NCBI RefSeq assembly: GCF_001194135.2
Contig: NC_068989.1
Coordinates: forward strand, 58,783,478 to 58,847,477
Direction of reading: 5' to 3'
DNA: 64,000 nt
DNA from: Octopus bimaculoides
Lineage: Eukaryota
The position numbers and the translations under genes were made by a program. The notes under the pieces are model-generated. The model saw nothing but the letters and a program-made list of their open reading frames with translations. It was not told the origin of the DNA and searched no databases. Each line of letters begins with the position of its first letter. Positions within the stretch are counted from its first letter, which is position 1. This document shows, piece after piece, positions 24,351-38,099 of the stretch.

Positions 24351-25540
24351 TATACGTTTAACAATTACTCAAGGATTTTTAGTGATACGTATTGAAGTAT
24401 TCTCGGCATTGAACTGGAGTCTGTGTATAATGAAAGTACTAGTAAGATCAAGTGATGTGTGGTTAGAAGTAACAATTCAAAACCGCAAACCAATCTTGGA
24501 AAATATTTAATTAAAAAAAGCTGCCAATTCGAGGGTTTAAATACTATGAAGGAAAAACTTCTATCTTATTAATTAGAGTAGAAGGGATTGTATTGGCCAA
24601 GGCAAATCCGACCAAATTATTTGGCAATTGGTCTTTTATTTATCTGTGGATCGATAATGAAACACTGGGTCGATTAAATTCGATATGCTTGCGATTCGAA
24701 GTATGTGCCTTCGTCTGTGTGAGTGTGTGGAGGTGTATGCGACTGTGTTTATGTGTTTATGTGTGTGAAATCAATATCAACTTGAGGAAATCTGTAGTTT
24801 GCGTAAATATCTGGAAAAATCTCAAAGCAATAAGACATTAGCAAAATAATAGGCCAACAGATTAGCAATCCAGTAAAAGTTCAGGTGTGCTTTTCGAACG
24901 GCGTAAACCGAAGTGGTTGCGCAAGACTGGCAGCTGTGTTTGGCCAGCCATTAGGCTAATGTCAACAAAATATATTCACTCGGATCAATTAAGCATTAAT
25001 GTTATTTTTTCTCTAGCAGCAACAAGATACAATTACAAAATAAATAAACATGGTTCTATCAGCTGTCTTTTAACTCTTCTTGTAAACGTCAACGTGCCAA
25101 GTAATGAGTTGCGCAGGAAGTTTTACTACTCTAAAAAGGGCTCCGAATAAGCAACACCAAGTGTATGTTATTAGATACATTGTTTTCAGATAAACTTTTA
25201 AATATTACGATGATGCAAATAATCGAAGAAATAGTAGCGTGAGGAGAAGGAATAAAACAATGATGATATGAACTCTTACAAGTGATACCGTTGATGCAAA
25301 CACGCAGATGCGTGTGTGTGTGAGTGCGCATGCGCGTATGTAAGTAGGATACAATCTTGCATTTGTGAATATTTGGCTAGCCAAGAGAAAGGACGTTAAC
25401 CAATTCGATGTTGACCCTTTTGGATTTAAGGCATTCAGTTTATCTATTTGGCTAGTATTAAAAGCAAATATAACATAATTCCTAAAATAAAGGAATCAAT
25501 GAATAGTATATAACAAGTGAATTTCTTTTTCACCCACGTA

Positions 25541-25712
25541 TACAAGGGGGTGCTGAGACTTCCGATTTTTTTATAGGGCTTAGAAAAACTGAAGGACCGC
25601 TGCAATAAGTGTGTGAATTTGAAAGGGGAATATGTTGAATAAAATCATAACTAACTGATCATCCTGTATTTTTTTTTACCCAAAGCCAAGAACTTTTCCG
25701 CATTCTCTCGTA
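25541..25712 (+). mobile_element. Second copy of the same MITE, opposite orientation, internally deleted
   Basis: agggcttagaaaaactgaaggaccgctgcaataagtgtgtgaatttgaaaggggaatatgttgaataa = GLEKLKDRCNKCVNLKGEYVE*; reverse complement of 24190-24270. Confidence 0.8.
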
Positions 25713-25859
25713 CAACCTGCTTCGTATTAGAGGTGTTAGCATAAATTTAAGATTAGTGGGTTAGTGCAGAAATCATTAAGCACAGAACTAGTTAGTTGGC
25801 GGTAAGATTCTGTAATATTGTGATTGATCAGAAACGACCAAGAACTGACTGGTTGTACA

Positions 25860-26205
25860 TACAATGAGGTATCAAAAAGTCACCGGACTAGTTCTGTAGC
25901 GCTCCAGCAGATGGTAGTTACACGGAAGCGTGGTGAGAGCTAGCAGTGAACTTCATGAGACTGTGTATCGAGTGACATCGCTATGTTTACTTCGCAAGTT
26001 GTGAAATTTGTGTTTTTGTGATCACGTGTATGCTGTCGTCCGCGATTTTGTCATGGAGAGGAACAAAGAGCCAACGTGAAATTTTGCGTTAAACTTGGGA
26101 ACTGTGCTACAGAGACATTGAGCATGCTTCGGCAAGCTTACCGCTACGAAGCAATGGATCGTACGCAATGTTTCGAGTGGTACGGGTGCTCCAACGAGTG
26201 GAGGT
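25860..26205 (+). mobile_element. 5' end of a mariner transposon (TIR, leader, N-terminal HTH)
   Basis: TIR-like tacaatgaggtatcaaaaagtcaccggact; ATG at 26053; (Q)RANVKFCVKLG..ATETLSMLRQAY..EAMDRTQCFEWY. Confidence 0.85.
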
Positions 26206-26259
26206 AATGTTGGAACGTTCATGAAGCAAGATAAATTAAAAACTATTGACATGAATCTT

Positions 26260-27630
26260 GATAATATTAATTTCCATTTAACTTTGGTTTATATTTTCCA
26301 TAAAATCTTTCTCTTTAATGGACCTTGTAATTCCACACTCTGTGCCCATTTGAAAAAAAGGAAATATTTTAAAATTCCCTTCTCTATAGTTATCCAGCTC
26401 TTCGCTTAATGGAGTCTTTCTGTATTGCAGTTGCCTTATGTTTTGACCGTGAACCCGCACCCTCTCAGTCAATGCGCTTCCGTTTTCTCTAATGTAAATA
26501 TTTTTGCAGTTGTTGCATTCAGTGATTTCTATAAGATTCTTGCTGCTACATGTCATAGCGTGGTGCTGGATTTTGTCTATAGTTCAACACCAGTACGAAT
26601 ATATTGGCTGTCATTGCATAAATGTACTCAATCATTTTCTATACTCATTCTGGTAAAATTTTTCCCAGGTCAAGAATCGTTTTAAATTTTTCAGCTGTTT
26701 TTTGCTTTGAACTATGGTTATTTTCTTATTGATTAATTGATGTAGTTGATGAGTCTGTAAAAAGTGGTATATTTTCTCTATCTATGGGTTACGGGTTATG
26801 AGTTATAACAAAGGAAATCTTATTATTTCTGGATATTTCCATTTCTCATGTAATATGAATATGTTATGGATTCTTTTGATATTTCAATATCATACTTTAT
26901 TAGGTGTAATAGATATTTCTATGTAAGGCGGCAAGCTGGCGTAAACATTAGAACGCCGGGCAAAATGCTTAGCGGTGTTTCGTCTGTCTTTACGTTCTGA
27001 GTTCAAATTCCGCCGAAGTCGACATTGCAAGTTACTTACCACACAGCCGGTCCTAGACGATATTCTTGGAAGTGTCTCATATAAAAACTAAAAATAGATA
27101 TTACCCTTTTTTCGAAACATCACAGAATAGATTTTATCATGTAAAATATTTCAATTGCTACAAATATATCAATTTCAATTCTATTTAATATGCATCGAAA
27201 ACAGTTTTTTAACATATAAAGGATAGAGAGAGAACGCGTGATCAGACTTGTATTTGTTTTTTCCGATCAGACCTGTATTTGTTTTAATATTTCGACTTTG
27301 CCTTTCATCCTTTCGGGGTCGATAAATTAAGTACCAGTTGCCTGCTGGGGTCGATCTAATCGACTGGCCCCCTCCCCCAAAATTTCAGGCCTTGTGCCTA
27401 GAGTAGAAAAGTATAAATATTTCTATGTGTCTAAGAATGCCTCCGATCCCTGCAAGCATTCGTTTCTTGTGTCTTCCTGTTTAATTTATGTACAGGTTTT
27501 CTGAGCTGGAGAGTATGGCATATTTGTTTTTGTATAGGATGGGTGTCATAAATTACAGTTTGAACATTGATGCGTACCGGTGTTTTTGTAAAAATGTCGG
27601 TTTTGTAATGGTTCTGTTAAAAAATATTAG
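26260..27630 (-). mobile_element. Penelope-like element remnant (RT thumb, linker, GIY-YIG endonuclease) interrupted by a SINE
   Basis: 27430-27620 gives ..HPSYTKTNMPYSPAQKTCT.. (thumb). 26280-26560 gives TCSSKNLI.ITECNNCKNIYI.E.GSALTERVRVH..IRQ.QYRKTPLS..FKIFPFF..R..KEK.F (GIY-YIG). Many stops and frameshifts. Confidence 0.85.
26925..27416 (+). mobile_element. SINE family A with 12-bp TSD (atatttctatgt at 26913-26924 and 27417-27428), split by a 268-bp insert
   Basis: 5' half at 26925-27023 and 3' half at 27292-27412; tcgac duplicated at the insert borders. Confidence 0.88.
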
Positions 27631-27877
27631 AATATAGATGGGTACTTACCGCTCTTTTGAACTTAATAGCCAATTGTAGTTTATTTAAAATACCGGAAAA
27701 TTCTTACAAAGCTTTGTCAGATGTTGTCCAGATAATATAGCTATAATGTAGCTAACATTCATTTCATGATTCAATGTGCTTGGCAAAGTCAGTACAGAAA
27801 TTGCTCGCCATTTCGTTTATACACACGCATGTGTATATATATCTGTGTGTGTGTGTGTGTATACATACATACATACA

Positions 27878-27913
<36 letters not shown>

Positions 27914-30900
27914 TATATANNNNNNNNNNNNNNNNNNNNNNNNNNNNNNNNNNNNNNNNNNNNNNNNNNNNNNNNNNNNNNNNNNNNNNNNNNNNNNNNN
28001 NNNNNNNNNNNNNNNNNNNNNNNNNNNNNNNNNNNNNNNNNNNNNNNNNNNNNNNNNNNNNNNNNNNNNNNNNNNNNNNNNNNNNNNNNNNNNNNNNNNN
28101 NNNNNNNNNNNNNNNNNNNNNNNNNNNNNNNNNNNNNNNNNNNNNNNNNNNNNNNNNNNNNNNNNNNNNNNNNNNNNNNNNNNNNNNNNNNNNNNNNNNN
28201 NNNNNAAACAATAATTAGAAGAACAGACAAAAAAAGACGGGTCGTTCGTGGCCTTCTTTCTTTACTCAAGTACCAGACATCACGACCATTTCGGGCAGTT
28301 ACACTTGAGATGGTTCGATCTGGTTGCCTCCAAAAGCGTCTAAGAGCATTAGACCCATTTGTAAGAAAGCTAGCGAATGTGTACGACAACAAAGGCAAAA
28401 GACGAAAACATGGTGGACAATTACGAATACAAACAACAAGGAATAACAACAGGTGTCTTTCGACTGAGAACGAATCAAATTGAGCAGGCGTGTATGAAGT
28501 GAAAGCCTAAAGGCAGGAACATAGGAGATGGACATAAGAGGTGTTGGCGGTCGGCGGTCAGACCAAGAAAGAAAGATCATGGCTGGCCGGACACCGGTCA
28601 CGTGGAAAGAGGAAGAAACATAGATGGTTAGGTGGCAGAGGGATTGAAGGATTAGAAAAAAAAAAACCAGAGACAAAATCAGAGACAGAGGCAAATCAGA
28701 GACAAACACAAAGACATACAGGGGACATAAACGAGTAGGAAATAGTGTGAGTTAAAGAAAGATAGGGTCAAGAAATGTGAGAGGGGGGGGGGGGCGAGAA
28801 AAAGAAAAAAGGAAGAAAGTGAGAGGGAGACTAAAGATATATATATATATATANNNNNNNNNNNNNNNNNNNNNNNNNNNNNNNNNNNNNNNNNNNNNNN
28901 NNNNNNNNNNNNNNNNNNNNNNNNNNNNNNNNNNNNNNNNNNNNNNNNNNNNNNNNNNNNNNNNNNNNNNNNNNNNNNNNNNNNNNNNNNNNNNNNNNNN
29001 NNNNNNNNNNNNNNNNNNNNNNNNNNNNNNNNNNNNNNNNNNNNNNNNNNNNNNNNNNNNNNNNNNNNNNNNNNNNNNNNNNNNNNNNNNNNNNNNNNNN
29101 NNNNNNNNNNNNNNNNNNNNNNNNNNNNNNNNNNNNNNNNNNNNNNNNNNNNNNNNNNNNNNNNNNNNNNNNNNNNNNNNNNNNNNNNNNNNNNNNNNNN
29201 NNNNNNNNNNNNNNNNNNNNNNNNNNNNNNNNNNNNNNNNNNNNNNNNNNNNNNNNNNNNNNNNNNNNNNNNNNNNNNNNNNNNNNNNNNNNNNNNNNNN
29301 NNNNNNNNNNNNNNNNNNNNNNNNNNNNNNNNNNNNNNNNNNNNNNNNNNNNNNNNNNNNNNNNNNNNNNNNNNNNNNNNNNNNNNNNNNNNNNNNNNNN
29401 NNNNNNNNNNNNNNNNNNNNNNNNNNNNNNNNNNNNNNNNNNNNNNNNNNNNNNNNNNNNNNNNNNNNNNNNNNNNNNNNNNNNNNNNNNNNNNNNNNNN
29501 NNNNNNNNNNNNNNNNNNNNNNNNNNNNNNNNNNNNNNNNNNNNNNNNNNNNNNNNNNNNNNNNNNNNNNNNNNNNNNNNNNNNNNNNNNNNNNNNNNNN
29601 TCTCTCTCTCTCTCTCTCTCTCTTTATACATATATATGTAGAGAAGACAGAAAATTTGCAACAACATCTCCAGGAATCGAACTGTAAATTTTTCTTTAAT
29701 CTATTATTTCTTAAATGACGCTAGGTATTTTTTATTTCCCCTCCAGTCACATTCAATTTATTCAGTTACTTCGTTTATTAATTTATTTCGTTGCTTACAT
29801 AAAGTTAGTCACCAATTTCCCTTAAGTAATATGTATTCCGTTCATTCAGTTCCCTCACCGTTACCACTCATTCTTTGTCACATTTTCTGTATATCTAACG
29901 ATCTATTTGTTATATATGCTTACACGCACACATGAAGACACACGCATACATGAAGACATACGCTCACATACATTCAAACCCATAAATGTGTATGTCTCCG
30001 TATATCTTTGCTTGTTTGTGTTTGTGTGTATGAGTGTGTGTAAATCTATTTATGTACGTGTAAATGTCTTTTTTTTTTGTATTTTCCTTCCTGTTCTAAA
30101 ATTTTTACTTTCTCTTTTCGTTTTTATTCCATTCTCCCGTGTAAGTTCGTCTATTCCGTCAGCTGTTGTTTGCTTTTCCTTGACACTGATGACTGCGCCA
30201 CCTGCTGAGGTTGTCAACAACTAATTTCTTCTGTACTCAGATTGATGCATCTGACTAAAAAAGATAACAGCCTGCTTACATTGTCTTTCACTATGCTCGA
30301 TTTACTAAGCTGGTTTATAGTTACCTCGGACCTTCGCCTAGTTTAGTACATAATTCATTGTAAACCCTTCAACTATACCACTCGGTATATTTTCACACTA
30401 TATATTTTCAAACTGTATTAGTTCATTTTGCTGTAATGGATCTTAAGCTTTGTAAACACAGTATACTTTCACTAACGAGCAATGCATACGACAATAATTT
30501 TTGCTTAAGTACAAGAGTATAATAGCTGTAGCAAACTGAGTGGTATGACATACCTATCTTCCACAAGATTATTTGAGACACTGGAACATCAACAGAATCT
30601 ACATCACCACTTTGGAAGGGTTTGAAAAGATAGCTGGTATTATTCCTCTACAAAAGGACTGAAATGTGAGAAACAATATAAATGGAGAGATTAGAATTTG
30701 TTTATTGAAAATTGAAAATTGCCAAAAAAAGAAAAAAAAAAAATTGGCTTGTAAATTCAAACTGCAAGCTCAGTTCGCTTGGTTCTTACATTTGCCCTCA
30801 TATAAATATTACTTATTTGTTGTTCAATCAGAAAGAGTAAAATGACTGATAGTTTCGACCCTGTGGCAATTTATCCTCCAGGTATCGTGCATAAGCTAGC

Positions 30901-31702
30901 AGTATTTTACAAGATCTGTGAAATTGTTCATACAACCTTCTCTGTAAAAATTAGCATTGAGCCTTGTAAATGTATCGGTGTATACAAATATAAATTTGTA
31001 TAAAATCTCATTTGATGAAATATAACAGTTGAACAGGTAAAGTCCCCGGATCTCTTCCTTTAAGGTTCACATATTGTTTTGTGTCCTCGAATACTTTACT
31101 TTCCAAACATTTCACACCTCATTAAGGAAGCGTTATTAGCTTTCCAGTAAATAGATTTATTCTTGACAACTAAAATCTAGCAAATTCTCGAAAGCATAAA
31201 TTTCTTTTATAAGTATTAGTAAAGGTATTAATATATGTAGTTGGATTATTTGATGACATAAGAAACTAAAAAGTACTTACATCATGCAATTTATAATAAT
31301 TACTACGAAATGAAAGTGGAGCTTTTTTTTTTTGTTAACAGTTACATTAATACTGTTGCAGAACGAAAGTGTCAGTTTGATAATTTCGCGTAAAATTTAA
31401 AGCTTTTATTGAATTAGCTCATGATTAATGATTTAGCTACCGAGTGTTTTTAATTTGAACACTGGATATACTTGAATGTTTTGGAGTGTTAGGGTCTGGG
31501 GGTAAAAATAGTGTAAATAGAAGTGAATTGCTTTTTTCAAAATTTATTTTGAGGCGTTGCAGGAGTAGATCTAAATTTTCATCATGCTAGAAGGATCATT
31601 TATTGGCACAAACTCACAGAATATAACATCTCATACAATAATGATTTTATTATGGTCGAAATCACATCATTATACTTAATCAACTTTTTATTAATGATAC
31701 AA

Positions 31703-31925
31703 ATTACGTCGTTGTCGTCATACATTGTACACCTGCAGCTCATTGGTCACACGAAGGTCTTCCCGATTACGTGCGAGTTCTCCTGCTGCCTTGTCACATT
31801 TGTCCAACCAGCTCTTGATACTGTTCATCCATTGCGTTCTTTGCCCGCCTCTTGATCTACGACTCTCTACTCTTCCTTCCATGATAATATTTTCCAGACC
31901 TCTGATTCTTCGAATATACTAACCC
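31703..31925 (-). mobile_element. 3' end of an RTE/BovB-like LINE
   Basis: Minus strand ..LENIIMEGRVESRRSRGGQRTQWMNSIKSW.. matches the RTE C-terminal EGxRxRGRxRxxWxDxI motif; short (GAC)-like tail. Confidence 0.75.
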
Positions 31926-34007
31926 TTATTCGAGGTTGTAATTTGGGTGGGTAAGTCATTACTCGGAGTTAAAAAAACAAATCTCTGGCACCAAAATAGA
32001 TTATTATACTATTTACATTTTATTTAAGAAAACAAATTATATTTAAACTTAAGAACAGTTCAGAAAATGGAAAAATATTTCAATGAAATAATGACTTCAA
32101 TATTAGGTATAGAGCTCTGGATGTATTTAAGGTAGAATTAGAAAAACAAACGAAAAAAATTGCGGCCACTATAGAGCAATTTCTTCTTCATGGAATAATT
32201 GGTCAGGGGCCAGTTTATAGTGTCGACGATGTCTTTGAATTCCCATTCTAATCAGAATAAGACTAATAAAAATCTATCATGCTAGTGAAAAGTACATTTA
32301 TATGGACCCCTTGAAATAGCAAAAATAGATGCCATTTTCCCGATGGTTTTAGGGACTGCATGAATGCCAGTACAGTATAATCCTTTTCTTTTTGAGTCGC
32401 AGTCTTTATGGTCCCAAACGTGAACATACATAGATCAGAAAGATACCTAGTTAACATTCTCAGATCAATTTATTTATATACTTATTTATTTTGATTCAAT
32501 GGATTGCATACATTTCGCTTCGATTTATTTATCTGGTGACAGTGTGCATTTAGAGAAACTTCGAGACAATTTTGTGGGGTACCTTAAGAAAGTCTTTGAT
32601 GTATGAGCTATATCACTAATGATCGACAGTCCAATAGCATGTACCATACGATGGTAAACCAAATATAACATTTTTACTGTTTCTCTATCATTTCAGCTTT
32701 GGTGTATACATATTCTACATTATTATATATGTATTCTACTTTTGTATATTTATATTCTACCGTGGTACATAGATAACACATTGTCAGACCCAGTTATAAA
32801 TTACAAAGGAAAATTTACCTGCGGTTACATTCTGTATCAATTTTGAATAGTACCAAGATGTTTCTACATCGACAAAATATAACTAATACCTGTTGTATGT
32901 AAGATTCCTACATCGATGTGGGTCGGGTCTAAAATGAAATTAGTTTGTTGGCATTTTAACTGGATTTTGATTACAGAAAATAATGAAAAAAATTGTTAAT
33001 TTTTTTTATTAGCATATATTCGCTGAACTTACAAGAGTAATTTAATAAAAACTGAAAGAACAACATTAGGGAACGAACGGAAACCTAATATTTGTCATTA
33101 AAAAAATAGTTACGTCGAGTAGGCTGTCAACCTGATCATTTTAGGATAGAAATATGTTTTTTTTTTGTTTGTTTTTTTGTACAAATTTATATATTATGAT
33201 TAGATGTAATACAGATCAATAAAAGTTCAATTTCTGATGAATTTTTCTTTGGAAGTAAATGTGATTTATTGCTACTGAAATTATTTTACACTCATTTCTT
33301 TTGTTTATATTGTATATATATGTTTGTTTTTGTTTTACCTGAAGACATTAGTAAAACAAAAGACATATTTTCTTACGGGGGAAAAAAAATAATTGTTCAA
33401 TAGACGTGAATGTTTTCAGCTGGTAGAATATATATACTACATGATAGTTAAAATGTAATCAAGACCAACATTTATATAATGTAAGGTAACATATAATTCG
33501 CTTAATGTTTTCTATGATAATTGGTAATTAATTCACGAAGGTGTATAAATGGTGCAATAAACAAGTAGTTTTCGATGTCCAAATTAGTTTCTTGGAAATA
33601 TGTAAGAAATTTAGTGGCTGTGGGAGTGGACGAGTGTTACTCAAAGCAAAGTCCTTGCTACAATTGAGCAAGGTAACTCAGGTAGGCCAATGGCATGAAC
33701 TTAGATAATTCAAATAGATGGCACTGTATTAAATATCATACGTAAAATATTTCTTAACTGAAATGTTTGTGTACTCCATTTTACACTACTTCCTTCTTTC
33801 CTTAGTTACTTTATGTCACTGTTTCACTTCAGCTGACTTTTTGTTATTATGTAAGTTAATACTCGGCAAAACTATTCGTAAGATTTTTTTTTTTTTTTTG
33901 TACTTGCTAAAAATTGTGCGTTCACTGAGGAAAGTAGGTTTGAAAAAGCTGGTCTTCACTAATAATAATAATAATAATACTACTCCTTTCTATAATAGAC
34001 AAGATGT

Positions 34008-34110
34008 CTGAAATTTTGGGAGAAGGGACTAGTCGATTACATCGATCCCAGTGTTTCACTGGTACTTAATTTATCGACTCCGAAAGGATGGAAAGCAAAG
34101 TCAACCTCTG
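34008..34110 (-). mobile_element. SINE family A, 3' half
   Basis: gtcgattacatcga.cccagtg..actggtacttaatttatcgac.ccgaaaggatg.aa.gcaaagtc.acctc; further partial copies at 34690-34825 and 34845-34900. Confidence 0.8.
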
Positions 34111-34111
34111 T

Positions 34112-34160
<49 letters not shown>

Positions 34161-34168
34161 CAATAATA
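34110..34168. repeat. (AAT)n microsatellite
   Basis: Direct reading. Confidence 0.95.
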
Positions 34169-35566
34169 AATGTCCTGATGCAGTACCAGGCAGTGGCTCT
34201 CATAGCTTTTGATCTTAACTGATTGGAAGTGTTATCATGCACATTGTTTTGTCTTGGTATAAAAGATGGGTTACGGCAAATATTCTGCTCAATACTACAG
34301 ATTTGCTTGTCAGTTGTTTGACTTTAACCAGCTGAGCATGTCCCTTAGTGGCTGACGATATGTGCATCTCTGACAACCAGCAAAAGTAATGGGAGAGCAT
34401 CATAGCCATATGTTGAGAGGAAGTTTGAGGGGTTTAAATAATTCACCTCTGGAAACATGGGTGTTTCATTCAACATCCTTAATTTTGAACGGGATGGACT
34501 ACTCGACCTGAAGAAAATTCTAACTGGGCCCTATCTGCAAGGTCATGCGCTGTTCATCTTGATATGAGATCACCATGTCGCGTACATATGGTTGTGATGC
34601 ATGTGCCTGGTACACCCTTATCAGACGGGTATATTTTACCCTAGTGTCACTTTGATGGCATGCACTGCTCTCTCACTCAATAATAATGATAATCGTTCTA
34701 AATTTTGTCACAAGGACAGCCATCTTGGGGGAGGGGATATGTCGATTATATCGACCTCAGTGTTCAACTGGTACTTATTTTATCGACCTCGAAAGGATTA
34801 AAGGCAAAGTCGACCTCGGCAGAATAATAATAACAATGCTAGTGGTGGTTTCAAATTTTGCCACAAGGGCAGCCATTTTGGGGGAGGGGATGTATCGATA
34901 TTGTGATAACTAGCATGTGTAATAGATGTTTTGTTTGAGGTTCCAGTCAGTATAAAGAGTCATTGTATGAGTAACATAAAATGATTTTTGCACGACATCT
35001 GTATAAGAGAAGTTAAGAAATAAAGTGTCATATAATAAATATAGGAATGTATACTAAGAGAATATACAGAAGGAAGTGTGTGGAAGACAATAACAAAACA
35101 CTAAGTACACAATGGTATTATTAGTTCACAAACTGACAAATACCATCCCTAACCACAAAAGATAATTTACGGGATTTTTAGCCCTTCCCTCATCATTATT
35201 AATGAGAAAATAAGATAGAGTTTGCATCCATTCTCCTTTCTATGCCATGATGTTCAACAAGTTTAAAAAGTTTAAAACGATCTTAATTTCATTAAACATG
35301 ACTACATTTTCGTCCCCTTATAATCTATACAACCTCCCTCTCCCAGGTGAGCTCTACCCTACCTCTATGAGAAACGCTACATTAGATTATGCAGAATGCG
35401 AGTCGAAAGTTTTATAAAGGTTATATTGTTCGTTATTGAAGAGGGAGTGAGATTGAAGGACGTGACGTGTGATGAAGTGATTGCTAACTATTTCTATCGT
35501 CATCAAGATGTTGGAAATGACAGCTATAGAGTGGTAGCTTGCTAGCTTTTAGGGATGAGACATATT

Positions 35567-35920
35567 TACTCTTTTACTCTTTTACTTGTTTCAGTCATTT
35601 GACTGTGGCCATGTTGGAGCACCGCCTTTAGTTGAGCAAGTCGGCCCCAGGACTTATTCTTTGTAAGCCTAGTACTTATTCTATCGGTTGTCAAGCCATG
35701 TTGGGGGGGGGGGACAAACACATACACACACACATACATACATATATATATATATGCATATATACGACGAGCTTCTTTCAGTTTCCGTCTACCAAATCCA
35801 CTCAAAAGGCTTTGGTCGGCCCGAAGCTATAGTAGAAGACACTTGCCCAAGGTGCCACGCAGTGGGACTGAACCCGGAACCATGTGGTTGGTAAGCAGGC
35901 TACTTACCACACAGCCACTC
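35567..35920 (-). mobile_element. CORE-type SINE family B with internal microsatellite
   Basis: Reverse complement aligns with 15900-16350, with an internal deletion in the tail. Confidence 0.9.
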
Positions 35921-36017
35921 TTACGCCTATATTGTAGACTAATTCAAAATATTAGTAATGTATCCTGGAAAAATCATGATAGATAGATAGCTATATAAAT
36001 AGGTATAGAAGGAACTG

Positions 36018-36093
<76 letters not shown>
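36018..36093. repeat. (AG)n microsatellite
   Basis: Direct reading. Confidence 0.97.
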
Positions 36094-36097
<4 letters not shown>

Positions 36098-37080
36098 TTC
36101 GGCACGGAAGGGAGCTAGATCTAAAGCGAGCTGTTTGAGAGTGATGAAGGGATGCCTTCAAGACCTGTCATCTTACTGAGTTGCAGACACTGGAAGACTT
36201 TTAACACTCGGTGACCGAGCGTGCGTTTCGAAAAGCTTGATATGCGCTGAATTGTGCCGATCATGTGTATTCTGGATTCAGCGAAGCAAGTATCACTATA
36301 GTCTTAGTGTATTGACCTGATGAGAAAATAATGTTTTATGCAGTATTTGCAGAAGAGAAACAAAGAACGTATTTTGAAATAAAGGAAGGAAAAAAAAAAA
36401 AAGAAAAAAAAACTGAGAACAATTTACAGAAGTACAAACCCTTAGTTTATATAGCTCAGTGAATCTGCATTATCTTCTCTTTTAAATTCGAAATTTATGA
36501 ATCATTTCTTTTTGTGAACATTTGTTAGAACCAACCTAATTGCGATGTTAAAGTTATTAAACCTCTCATAACATATTTAGTGTTTTGGCTGGTCCACTTG
36601 ATTAAAAAGATGTCAACTTATTCTTATAATTGCACCAAGAAAGTTTTTAATCCTGTTTGCTCTCTCACGTTTAACTTTAACCCTCATGACCCCCGTTGTC
36701 ACATAAAGAGATGAAATATATATGCATTACTTTGATAATTAACGGTTTGAGATTTTAAGCTTAATGACTCTTTTAACCATGACGCCTCAAACGTGAAATA
36801 GACACGAGTGGAGTTGGGCAAATCTTAAATGTACACACACACACACACTATTTTCTATGTATATTTGTATATGTGAAAACCAAACACGCATATATAAGTT
36901 GGCAATAAACTCGCTATGAATAAATGTATATACATGGCACCACAAACACACATACATTTTCATAAACAAATGTGTGTGTATATAACGCATACACACACAC
37001 ACGCACATACACGTATACATATATGTATACATACATATACATATATATAGGTATATATGTTTAAATACATATACACACAC

Positions 37081-37142
<62 letters not shown>

Positions 37143-37568
37143 AAATTGCTTTCTTGATGTTTCCGAAATAAGTTAGCGTGGCTACTTAATTTGAAATCGT
37201 GGTAGTGACTGAGAGCTGAATACTTTAATGTAGCGTATCAAAATCATAATATAAAGTCTTTTGGCTTCCAAATCAACTCGCCAGTTGCAATAAAGGCTGT
37301 TATACGAAAACATTTTAACCTTTGTGAAGGACTATTTAGAATGTTGTAATCTTAAGAAGTTACTAAAGACTGCCACCCACTTAAGATGGAGTCAAACTGA
37401 TTTTCCAAGCAGACATACAGTCGCCATTTTAATTCCAGTATGACTTCCCAATTTTTTCATACACTTAATACTGAACACAACCATACACACATGCATATAA
37501 ACCCGCACATAAACTCTTCTCTCTCTCTCACTCTCTCAGACAGACAGACAGACAGACACACACACACA

Positions 37569-37603
<35 letters not shown>

Positions 37604-37789
37604 GCCTAAGCACATCATACATACATGTACAAACACCAACTCTTTTTGACTTATATTTAAGAAGGCAATAGCTAAAGTTGCACGCAAATTAATCAAAGAT
37701 ATTTTAAAAGTGTAGTTTTCTTTTTTACACATTTAATTCAATCATACAAAGCTGGATGTATTTCTGCATTTCTGATTGTCCGTTAGCCC

Positions 37790-37870
37790 ACCTACCTACC
37801 TACCTACCTACCTACCTACCTACCTACCCACCTACCTACCTACCCACCTACCTACCTACCCACCTACCTA
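37790..37870. repeat. (CCTA)n microsatellite
   Basis: Direct reading. Confidence 0.95.
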
Positions 37871-38099
37871 ATTCATACATACTATCATATATTTACATGT
37901 ATCTACTTATGACAGTATTCATCGAAAATTAAATAGTGCACACGGTGAATAAAATTATGCATGATAATATATAATATATAATATAATATAATATATAATA
38001 TATATGTGTATGTTTCATATATGAATACAAAAAATAATAATGTATATAAAAATGTTTCATACATATATAAGCGAAAATAAAGACAAGCCTAAACAACCA

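Noticed and set aside
32165-32260. Protein-like minus-strand stretch WEFKDIVDTINWP
   Set aside because: No convincing donor site or recognisable domain.
33600-33710. Laminin-G-like peptide GCGSGRV..GQWHELR
   Set aside because: Bounded by a stop, wrong spacing, no acceptor; similarity too short to support.
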